Origin: Chlorokybus atmophyticus
Taxonomy: Eukaryota; Plantae; Mesostigma and Chlorokybus algae
Length of the DNA: 64,000 nucleotides
Assembly: GCA_009103225.1 (NCBI GenBank)
Contig: RHPI01003116.1
Coordinates: forward strand, 62,001 to 126,000
Direction: 5' to 3'
Shown: positions 53,815 through 64,000 of the stretch, one piece after another
How the letters are laid out: every line of letters begins with the position of its first letter
How positions within the stretch are numbered: the stretch's first letter is position 1
The notes under the pieces: generated by a model
What the model saw: only the letters and a program-made list of their open reading frames with translations
Database searches by the model: none
Told to the model about the DNA's origin: nothing
Made by a program: the position numbers and the translations under genes

Positions 53815-56800
53815 TCATTCAAATCGCTTGTCAACGAGGACGCGCGCCCCGCACGCCTCCAGCGGCATCTCGATCTTCCCACCCTTGACTGCAAACACAC
53901 CTCCTTTTCCCTCACCCTCATTGAGCACATCCGTCATCTCCACCCCATCAGGTATCTTCCCCTTCACATCCACATTGAACCTCTCTTCCGCTTCAAACCC
54001 ACAGTTCATGACCACGATGGCGGTCTGCCCGCCACCCGCCCTCATGTAAGCCACCTGCTTGTTGGTGTTGATGAGGGGGATAATGTCCACACTGCCACTA
54101 AAGGCAGGGTTGGCTGTTTTGAGCTTCACAGCTTTCTCCGTGAAGGCGTACTTCCCGTCGTTGATGTCGGTATGTGTGAACTCGAGTGGCTTTCTCATGG
54201 CTAAGTCGCCCTCGGGTCCGCCAGGTGAACCCTCCATACCAACCTCATCGCCATAATAGAGACACGGGATGCCACGCGTGGTAAGGAGAAACAACACGGC
54301 CAGGTTGTAGTGGCGCTGGTCTTTCAGCTTCGACGCCACACGAGCCACGTCATGGTTACCTGTTTGAGTAATGACAAAACACAACATTACAGCGTGTAAT
54401 ACACACACACATGCTTACACACGCGTGCGCACACCTGTGTACACGCATGCGCGCATGTGCACGCGCATCTGTACATGTGCGTGCGTGTGTGTGCGCGCAC
54501 ACACTCACACGTACGTTCACACACGTGCGCACATGAGCGCGCTCTCTCGTGCATACGCACGCACACGCTCGTGCACACCCACACACAAACTCACCCAGGA
54601 AGTTGACGAGCAGCAGGTTCTTGTACATGTCGAGCTCGCGCTGCAGGCAATGGACCAGCTCAAAGTAGTTCATGTCGTTCACGCTGCTCCATATCGCCTT
54701 AGACAGCTGATAGTTGGTGCCGCTGTCCAACCTATCCGGCCCAATCCACCTGTTGTAATCCCCTGCACAACATGGATGTCAATACGCACGCACATAAACC
54801 CCCGAACTGATATCCATACAGGACTGATATTCGCGCAAAGCCGATGCACACGCATCCACACGCACGCGCGCACACGCACACGCACACGCACGCGCGCACA
54901 CACATCACTCACCATGTATCACTTCCCCAATCAGCACGCAGTCGGGTTTAGCCTCTTTGCACTCTTTCCTAAACTCCTTCCAAAACCCCGGTTCGATCTC
55001 ATGCGCGACATCGAGCCTCCACCCGTCGATACCGACCTCTTTCAGCCAATATCTCGCCACATCGAAGAGATATCTTCTCACTTCAGGATTGGCCACGTTA
55101 AGCCGCGGGAGCGATGTGTGCCCCTCCCACGACTGATAGCCACGCCCGTCGGCGATATCGCCACCCTGCTTACTGGAATCAACGAAGTACCAGTCTCGAT
55201 ATTGGGATTGGGATGGGCCGTTGTGAATTATGTCGTTGAAGGCGAAGAAGCGTGTGCCCGTGTGGTTGAACACGCCGTCGAGGATGACGCGGATGCCGCG
55301 CGCATGCAGGGAAGACACAACTTGCTTGAAGTCGTCCACGGTGCCTAAACGACGGTCGATCGCATAGTAGTCTGCTGTATCGTACCTGCGTGTGAGAAGG
55401 GTAAGAAAGGATGTACTGATGTTTATCAAATACGTTGAGTAGGAACAACTACAAAGCCACAAACTGCTTTTTAACAAGCTTGCATAAGTATGCCATGCGT
55501 GCGCATGTGTGCACGTGCCGCACTGCTTGTACATGCCAACAGCTGCGTTTGGGTAGTACTGGTACTTAATGCAACAGCAGCGTTCACACTGTATGCGACA
55601 TGTTCGGCGCGTGTGCTGTGTGAGGTCTGTATGCGTGCATTGTGCATGACTGACCCGTGTGTGCCGCTCTCAAAGAGGGGTCCAAAGTACACCGCCGTGA
55701 CGCCAAGCTTCTCAAGGTGGCCATACCACTGCTCCATCACGCCCAGACGGTTTGTTACCGGCCCCGTCCCGTCGTTAGGCAGCCCTGACCGCAATAGTAG
55801 CAACAATTGTTAGTACACTCACACGCACGCACGCGTACACGAACGCTCACACGCACACGCGCACACACGCACCTTCTGCGCCGAAGAAGCCCAGCGATTG
55901 GATGTGGTAGAGCACCGCGTTGCTGAACCACGCGGGAGGGCCTTCCGAAGAAGAAGAAGAAGAAGAAGGAGACGATGTCGGTTTGGGAACCTGTTGGGTT
56001 ACTCATGGTTAATGTGACAGCAAGACTGAGACACAAGCCAACACTACGGTATCTGTCACACACGTGTGCATGCATGCGCATATGTATGTGTACGTATGTA
56101 CATGTGCACAGGCCTGTGTATGCGTCATGTACATGTGTGCATGCATCCATAGATGCGTGTACACGTACAAGCGTGCGTGTTTGTGGACGCATGTATGTGC
56201 ATGCATTTGTGTGACCCTCATTCACATGTACCCACAAGCACACATATAAACAGCGCATGTATGCGTACATGCGTGCATGCGTGCGCGTCTGTGTGTGCAT
56301 GCGCATGCGTGTATGCTTGTATGCACACGCGCGTGTCTCAACACCTGCTGCACTGGTTGTTGCTGCCGTTGCGGCTTGGCCGTCTCACTCCCCTGCTTTG
56401 AGCTTGTTGTTGTTGTTGTGGCCGGCGCTGCCTCTTGTTTGGTTGGCGGCACGTACGCGGGCGCCTCTCCGTTCTCCTGCGGCACCGTCAGCGCCAGGTT
56501 GTCGCCGTCAAGCCAACGGACGGAACCGTCGCCACCGCGCACGGCATACTTGAAATGGAGCTGCTCGCCTGCGGGAGGATGTTGGGGTTAAATGTACACG
56601 ACGCGCGAGTGCACACGTGTGTATGTCGCACGCCATGTGCACACACAACCACTCACACTCTGACACGGGGAACACGCACACATAGAAGACCGACAAAAAG
56701 GCAAACGCATGTGTACGTGTGCGCTCCGCATGACACGCTCTTCCATGAACTGAATTACAACACGCGTGCACGAGCGCATGCGTGTGCACGTCTTGTCACA

Positions 56801-57235
56801 CACGCACGCTCGTATCAACACGACCTCTTTCGTGTTTGCTCACCTGGTGGTAAGTCCACGTGCGCGACCCACACGTGCCCGTCGTTCCACGTCATCGCAG
56901 CACCACGGCGCGGGTCCCATTGACCCAAGCTGGCATGATCCCCCACCACTACAACAGTCTGGACACACACGTATAAACACACACACGCACACATCTTGTT
57001 ACCGCACACATTGAAGAAGAACACTGTACACAACAATGCCACATACCTCTCCAAACTTCACTGGCTTTGCCACAGAGAACTTCACTGAGGATGAAACAGC
57101 AGCAGCAGCGCAAACTACTTGTCTGTGGGTTTGTTGTGTTTGTCCCATCGGTGTGGCATGCTTGTGTCTGGGTCGAAGTTGGGGACGCGATATCGAGATC
57201 GAAGGGGCGGATTTCAAGGACAATGAGGCGCGCAT
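53815..57235 (-). CDS. Plastid-targeted CBM20 plus GH13 alpha-amylase-family hydrolase (bacterial cyclomaltodextrinase/neopullulanase-like catalytic domain)
   Basis: Transit-peptide-like MRASLSLKSAPSISISRPQLRPR...VVCAAA; CBM20 VKFSV..VKFGETVVVVGDHASLGQWD..W..W..FKY; GH13 regions DGVFNH, DGWRLDVA, GEVIHG and FLGNHD with all catalytic acids intact; GIPCLYYGDE; stop at 53815-53817. A 5'UTR exon lies at about 57582-57700. Confidence 0.92.
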
Positions 57236-57947
57236 TGCTGAAACTGCGGGAGGATATCACTCGGGGGTGTGATACAGGTCACCGGGTGTGTATGTGGTAG
57301 TGTTGTGTGCTTGTGACATTCACAGCAGTGAGTGCAAACGTGGTGATATTGCATCGCACAATACTTATGCAATGGGGCATGAGAGTCGCTTGTCAAGTGG
57401 AAATCAGTCTATAATGCACTAGTAGTGCAGCATTGCAGACTGACTGAAATGCATGAGTGGACTTGTGAGTGGTTGGTTGAGCAAGCATGGCTAGGATGGA
57501 GCACATTGCAATGCCTAGCCAATGCAGCAGTCTAGTCCGTGCATGCATGTGGCAGACCGAGGGAGTTACACGCTATGCGTACCTCAATGCTCACGACGAA
57601 GAGACCGCCTCCACCGCCGCCGCTGCCGCCGCCGCTTACGTGGCAGATCTTCGCCAACAGCTGCCAGGTAGGCAGAATGGCAGGCTGATATCGCAGTGGG
57701 TACCCTTGTGAACGCAATAACAGCACGGAAGTCAGCGATATCGGTTATTGCTTGTGCGCAGACAATTGTGCGCTTGTGCGAAGGGCCAAAAATAGCGCCA
57801 CGCCTCGTTGCATTCTTTGTTTCCAACTTTTGCACGGCGGCGGCGGCGGAGGAGGAGGACCAGGAGGACGAGCAGGAGAAGGAGGAGAAGGGGAAGGGGA
57901 AGGGGAAGGGGAAGGGGAAGGGGTAGGGGAAATTGGACGAAGACGAG

Positions 57948-59024
57948 ATGAGTACCGCTTGGGTGGACGAGTATTATGAAACAGCCAGCCAGGCACGCCA
58001 GCAGCGCAAGGAGGCTGAGGCACAAGTAAGGAACGCCCTTGTCCTTGTCCATATCCTTGTTCTTGTTCATGTCCATGGCCTTTTCTATGTTCTGATGATG
58101 ATGATCTGTGATGACTTGCCTCCAGGCTGCGGCGCTGGCGAGCAGGCTGGCGTATCTGAAGAACCAGGACACGGCGCTGCAGAAGAACATCGACCACGCC
58201 AAGCGCCTAACCCAGCAGCTCGTCGCCAAGGCCTCCAGCAAAGACAAGGACAAGGACAAAGACAAGGAGAAGTACAAGGACAAGGATCGGAGTAACAATG
58301 CCAAGGCGAGCAGCAGCCGGCCCTTCCAGCCAACTTCGTCACGAGTACGTACAATATGTTGCTGTTACACAGTCATGCTGCTGCTTATTTGCCTTTTATA
58401 GACGCGCATACGCATACGCACAAATGTACTCACAGACATATACACGCATTTAGACACATACTCACACTCTCTTTCTTGTGCCTGTGCTCGTCTCAACCCC
58501 AACAGCCCGCGTCTTCATCTGCGATACCTTCTCCTGCAGCCCCATCCCTCTCCTCCTCCTCCTGCAAGCAGCGCAGCAGCCGTTCTTCCTCGCTGGTCTG
58601 CGACGACAAGAGCAGCGTCGTCACCGCGAGGACGACGAGAAGCGCGAGTGCAACATTATCTGGATGGGAAAGGGATGACAATGAGAGCAACTCTAGAGAC
58701 AACATCAACAACAACAGTCATGATGATATTGATAGTGTTGGGCCGTCCGTATCGCCTCTACTCGAAGGCGAGCGATGCCGATATCAAGCGTTGGTATCAG
58801 AGGCCGAAGCGAAGCCACCAAATAGTATCAAAGGAATGGAGGATGTTATTATTAAGAGCAAAAGGGGTTCGGTTCCAATGAAGAAAAGAGCGGAGAAGGT
58901 GAAGCCACCAGTGATAGATGAGAATGCAGGTGATAATGAGAACAGTGTTGAGGCTGTTGACACTGCTAGTTTGGATTGCGGGCGAGTGACTTTCGAGACT
59001 GGAGTTGGCATCTGGGCATCATAG
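57948..59024 (+). CDS. Hypothetical protein with N-terminal coiled coil and Ser/Lys/Asp-rich tail
   Basis: Phase-0 exons MSTAWVDEYYETASQARQQRKEAEAQ|AAALASRLAYLKNQDTALQKNIDHAKRLTQQL...PTSSR|PASSSA...GIWAS* with donors GTAAGG and GTACGT. Confidence 0.6.
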
Positions 59025-59401
59025 TAGTTGCCCAGAAGGTTACTCTGTACTCTAGTTACAAAATTAATGCGAGGTATCCCTTTGTACAGATGTACTTAGT
59101 GCTTCAGCAAAGATAGAATTGCACAAAACATGTGTCTCAATTTGCATGGTATACACCACTAGATATTATGAGGCCAAGCGCAGATGTTATGTTGGACAGC
59201 AAAAAGAGTGTTTGCAACGCGGCGAATACCCCGAAGACAACAAGCAACTTGACTCACTGAAACTACTGGACTTGTTTATTCTCAATGGACAGCTCGACTC
59301 TCCTGACTAACTCAGGCTCAAAGTCTGAGCCTCGACTAGCCTCTTACAACTACCTATGTACAATTGAGAATCTCACACTCTTGAGCACACAACCCATCTC
59401 C

Positions 59402-60847
59402 TTACACAACTTCAACTATGACTGCAGCTGCAGCCGGCTTGTCCTGCTGCACCTCAACTGTCCTACTACCATCCTCATGCCCAACACCACCACCCTCACC
59501 CTGACCCTCACGTCGTCGTGCAACAACAACTCGCTGGCCCGAAGCAAGTGTGACAGACTCGGAAAGCACACCGTGGAGGCGGCACACGCCGTGCGCAAGC
59601 AGGCGATGATACGGGTCCGAGAGGTCGAGTACAAGCTGAGCATCTGAACTATGAGAGAAGTCGTCCAACTCAGCCATAAGCGCCGTCACGAGCGGCCTGT
59701 CAAAGTCCTTGCGCACCGCCTGAATTGCGCCACGAGACAACGCGTCCACACTGGGTTTGGCACTGCCACTTGACACCACTGTGGAAGAGTATTAACGTGA
59801 GTCATTATTCCTTGTAGTATTGGCAGAGCAAGCAGGTGCTGATAAGGGTGCACACAACTACAAACTGACACGTGTGCACATGTGCGTACCCACACATGCG
59901 CGCACGCATACGCTCAGGCGCACCCATGCACCCACGCACACACACATAAACTTACAGCCAAACACACACAAGTGCGTGTGCTCAGATGCATGCATGCGCA
60001 AAAAGTATGCACCTGCAGCGGTGCGCATGAGGGCTGAACTCCTGTCCATGTCGGTGCGCAGGAGCTGATCTGCGCCTCCGGGCTTGTCCAGCAGCTGTTC
60101 CAGCGGGCTTGGCGCAGGGGGCTCGCCCCATGGTGGAGGCACAAAGAGTGAAGCCATCTGCGTGAGTGACACATAAACCTGAAGGAATGTGGAAGTGTAG
60201 TGGGCTTGAAATGTCATGCACCGATGACAGAAACATGAGCGCACGGGCGCACATAGCAGACACGCACGCATTTATGCGGGCACAAGCACTCACGTACCCA
60301 AACATTCATGCAGAGGCTATGCAGACACACGCAAACACGCAGGTGCGCACGCGCCATCACATGCAGAGTGAGCTCGGTCATGCTTGTTCTCACCTCAGTT
60401 GCATCTAGTGGCCCAGCAAGCTCCCGCAACAACCTATCGTTCACCCAGCGCCTGTACCGCCTGCCTCCTATCTGCATGGCACCAACAGAGTTCAACTTCA
60501 ACCAAGATCCAAGCACTAATAAACCAGAACGTAAAGTATAACGATTGCTGTCTGAACATGATGCAGATCACAACGCTCATAACTGCTGCTTGTTCAACCT
60601 CAGCAGAAAGTGAACCAGGCATTCACAGAAGCATGAGCAATAAGCATAGCTGTTTCTGCTAGTTTCTTACCTGAGCTGCTGCGGCGTCTTCCAAACTGAA
60701 CTGCGATGGCCTGAGCCTGGCGCCGCGCTGCGACTGAGACTGGCGCTGCCGATCCCGCTTGGTGGTGCTCGGACCCCTGTCGGCGGCGACGTAGGAGCCC
60801 TGGACCAGGAACTCGTGCACGCTGACATCACGCCGCTGCGTCTCCAT
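59402..60847 (-). CDS. R3H-domain protein with R3H-associated N-terminal domain (R3HDM4-like)
   Basis: GGRRYRRWVNDRLL (R3H-associated motif) and PYHRLLAHGVCRLHGVLSES...GQRVVV (R3H motif); 4 predicted exons; ATG at 60847. Confidence 0.85.
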
Positions 60848-60989
60848 GGCTGCACAACAACTCCTCGACACCCCTGCCACCCTCGTCCTAATCCTGCTAC
60901 TCGTCGTCCACCGCCGCCTCCTCCCCCGTTGTCGCCGCCGCCGCCTACCTGGGCCGCAAGGATGCCACGCGGTCACTTAGGGTTTGATG

Positions 60990-61091
60990 GCGGATATCAG
61001 CAGCTAAGGGTTGATATCCAGTCTGACGCTAAATCCGTTGTTATGTTGATATCTGCTGACAAAGTGGGTTTGTTTCAACGGTGTTGATATC
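60990..61091. promoter_or_regulatory. Cluster of four GATATC palindromes in the R3H/DCP5 bidirectional promoter
   Basis: GATATC at 60993, 61013, 61048 and 61086 (three as GTTGATATC), flanked by telo-boxes at 60978 and 61205. Function is inferred. Confidence 0.55.
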
Positions 61092-61231
61092 CGTCTGATG
61101 TAACCGGCAAGGACGCGCACTTATATCAGGCGGCAGAAAGCGCGGGCGGGCATCTCGGCCTGTGCAGAGGAAAAAAGGCCGCAAAAAGCAAGCAAAATTA
61201 CTGCTAGGGTTTTGGGCTGCCACGTGGCGCT

Positions 61232-64000
61232 ATGGCGGCGGCAGCGCCTGCGGCGGCGCCCCCGGATGCGGGAGGAGGGGCAGGGGGTGGCAGCGCTGCG
61301 CCGTACATTGGCAGCCTTATCAGCCTCATCTCCAACAGCGAGATCCGCTATGAGGGGATCCTCTACACTATTGACACGCAGAATGCCAACATCGCCCTGC
61401 AGAACGGTATATTGCGTTTGTGTGTGTGTGTGCGCATGGCTTGGCCTGGTGGATGTTGGAATTGACACTGTTTGAGCATGCGCTTGGCATGCTGTCGGCA
61501 GTATACAGTTGGATTCAATGATCGCCACAGCCTGTCGTGCTAGAATTCAATGTAAGCAGCTGCTCGTCAGTTGGTCCCTTTTTCTTCCCTGCTGCAATTA
61601 TGTAATCAACATTAAGGAAATTTTTCACGTGCGTTGTTATTACTTCTTTTGTAGATGTTGCAATTGTTGGTGAGCAGATTATGCGGCATGCTTGTGTGCA
61701 GTGCAAGCTGCGAATGCGCAAATGGTCGTGATTGCCTGTGTGCCATGTGGCCAGCAATTCTTGTTGTTGTTCTACATCTATTCTTGATGGGCATGCTGTG
61801 TGGCAGTGCGTTCTTTTGGCACGGAGGGTCGCAAGGAGAACGCCCCTCAGATTCCTCCAAGCAATGAGGTTTATGAGTACATCATCTTCCGGGCTGCGGA
61901 CATCAAGGTAATTCTTTGCTATGCGCAACACAGCCATTCAAGTTCTTGTTGAGATGTCATCAATGCACCAAGTCAAACTTTTAAGCTGATGAGGCTGCAC
62001 GCCTTTGTTGCAAGTTGGTATCCATGTAGCTGATTTGTGTGCCGAAGGGTCCGCCACTCACATGCAGCTTGCGATGTGGTTGCTTGCGCTGTGTCCCAAC
62101 ATGGCGGTTCAATGTCCCTCAACGCGACATCCAACAACACTTGTCTTGTGCAGCACTTGAACGTTTTGACAACAGAGCAGTTGGCACCTCAGCCGCCTCC
62201 TCCACCTGCCCCGCATCATGATCCAGCTATTGTTGCAGTGCCGGTGAGTTGGTCATGCCGTGGGCAATGCAATCTTCAGTGGGCTTTTATTGTTCTTATG
62301 CGTTGGGCATGTTATGCGTAAGCAGCAGGCCGCACCACCCGCGCAAGGAGCATACTATGGGCAGGGGCCCCCGCCACCTCCATCAGCCCAGCAGCAGGCT
62401 GAAGTGCCGCGGCCTGGCGCCTACGGCATTCCTCCACCATATCCACCGCCGAATGCATACACACAAATGCCAAACTACTACTATGGCGGAGCACCGTACG
62501 GGGGCTATCCTGCTGCCAATCAGATGGGCATGCCACCTCCTCCTCCACGACCCCAGGTGCTTCCTAAAGTAGTTTATCATGTGTTTATGTGGGCATGTAG
62601 TGAGGGGAAGAAGCAACAATGTGGTACTTGGAGTTGCATATTGCATTACTGTGGATGCTTTTAGTCCTCAACTCTCTCTTGGATAATCAGTCCATGCTGA
62701 GTTTTGGACTTCATGCAGCCGCCCAGTGCGTATCAACAGGCGCCTACTCCCTTGATACCACCAGTCCAGCCCATGCCAGCGCCAGCGCAGCCGGCCGCGC
62801 CTTCTGCTCCGCCTGTGCCTGCTGCTGCCGCTCCAGCCAGGGAGATCGACGTGCCTGTCGCGGATAAGGTGCCTGCCGGGACAACAGCCGCCGCAGCCGC
62901 TATACTCACACCGGCACCACCGACACCAATGCCAGTTGCACCTTCTCCAAAGGGCAATGCACCCACACTGAAGCAGGCTGATCAGGTATTCATAAAGTGA
63001 TGGAGTGTGTGTAGCCCCCTTGATCGTGACATCAGGCTACATGTTGATGTGGGTATTATGTGAGGTTCTTATGCTGCATCCCTGAATCGTGCTGCTCCCC
63101 GTGCATGCAATAGATAGGTAAAGTGGCAATTGCTAACGTCTAGCCCATTGCCAACATTTTCCGATTCTTTCAGGCGAATTCAACTGCACCAGAGTCTGGT
63201 GTGGCTCCAGCGAGTCAACCATTGGAGAGCCCAAAGCCAAATCAGACATGGCAGCAGCAGCAGCAACAGCAAAGGCCTCCTGCAGGTAAGCTGCATGTTA
63301 TGTCTGGTATGGTGAGATGCTCTTCGCTCTGGATGTTACCTGTCTGCGCAGTTGAACGTTGCGCACTTTTTAGCTTAAAAGTCCATGTTGCAGGCCGCGG
63401 TGGCAGGGGAGGTGCTGCTACAGGTCAGGGCAGGGGTGGAGGAGGTTCCATCCCCAAGAGCATGTGGCAACCTAGCTCAGGAGTTGCAAATAATGGTGAG
63501 TTGGTCATTGGGCATGAAACTGTAGTGTCATGTCATGTTGTGCATATGTGGGTCATGGCGCTGTGCCGTAGTGTTGCTTGTGTGCGTCTCATCGCACATC
63601 TGCAGGGGCACCACCAGCAGCACAGCAGCAGCAGCAGACCCAGCAGACCCAACAAATGGCTGCACCACCAATGCAGATGCAGTCACAGCAGTCGCAAGTG
63701 CAGCCGCTACAGGCGCCGTCACTGCAGCAGCCGGTGCCTTTGCACACTCCACTGCTGCACCAGCAGCCTCCTCCTCAATATCACCAGCAGTCCCCTCATC
63801 CGCACGATCATCAGTCGGGGCAAAACTGGCGGCGGGGTGGTGGCGGTCGGCGAGGTGGCGGCGGCATGCCAAGAAGCACAGGCCCGCCGCAAAAGTTCAC
63901 GGAGGAGTTTGACTTCGAATCGATGAACCAGAAGTTCAACAAGGAGCAGGTGGGTAGCGCTGGTTGGGCATGATGGTGTTTGTGCAGGTTGTACTCGCAA
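61232..64000 (+). CDS. DCP5: LSM14/DCP5 (Scd6/Trailer hitch) P-body decapping activator; continues beyond the window
   Basis: Lsm domain [53 protein letters not shown]; Pro/Gln-rich middle region; RGG runs; FDF motif [18 protein letters not shown] near 63900. Confidence 0.95.

Noticed and set aside
53809-53817. Selenocysteine reading of the GH13 UGA
   Set aside because: The GH13 C-terminal domain is already complete, there is no redox motif and no SECIS was recognised.
57487-57711. Plus-strand ORF TEGVTRYAYLNAHDEE...
   Set aside because: Better explained as the antisense of the GH13 5'UTR exon (donor GAG|GTACGC near 57581, GCG-repeat leader).

Overview
Eukaryotic nuclear DNA from a gene-dense, intron-rich genome, most likely a green alga (Viridiplantae). 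The evidence is plant-type Pumilio N-terminal motifs, AAACCCTA telo-boxes and a plastid transit peptide; the species cannot be determined from sequence alone. The window has three N gaps and long GA/CT/CA microsatellites. Manual exon stitching supports about 15 genes: a secreted single-saposin protein, a GT29 sialyltransferase-like enzyme, a TBC1D22/GYP1 Rab-GAP, a Gly/Gln-rich RRM protein with a Boule/DAZ-like RRM, an RNF170-like RING ligase preceded by a spliced 59-aa ORF, a probable GPI-anchored LamG protein, a SETD3/LSMT-like SET protein with a His-rich insert, plant-type Pumilio, ARF1, GSK3/shaggy, a TauE/SafE transporter, a plastid-targeted CBM20 plus bacterial-type GH13 hydrolase, a coiled-coil protein, an R3H protein and LSM14/DCP5 (runs off the window). 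Most ORF-track entries are artefacts of microsatellites and stop-poor introns. The most interesting signals are: (i) two candidate bicistronic loci with in-frame ORFs 39 nt and 9 nt (spliced) apart; (ii) a Boule/DAZ-like RRM outside animals; (iii) an intron-bearing bacterial-type GH13 fused to CBM20; (iv) GATATC and telo-box motifs concentrated at head-to-head promoters; (v) a two-copy element that conserves a splice donor after a signal-peptide-like exon; (vi) a perfect 23-bp hairpin. No rRNA, tRNA, CRISPR array or intact transposon was recognised. All exon structures are manual predictions without transcript evidence.
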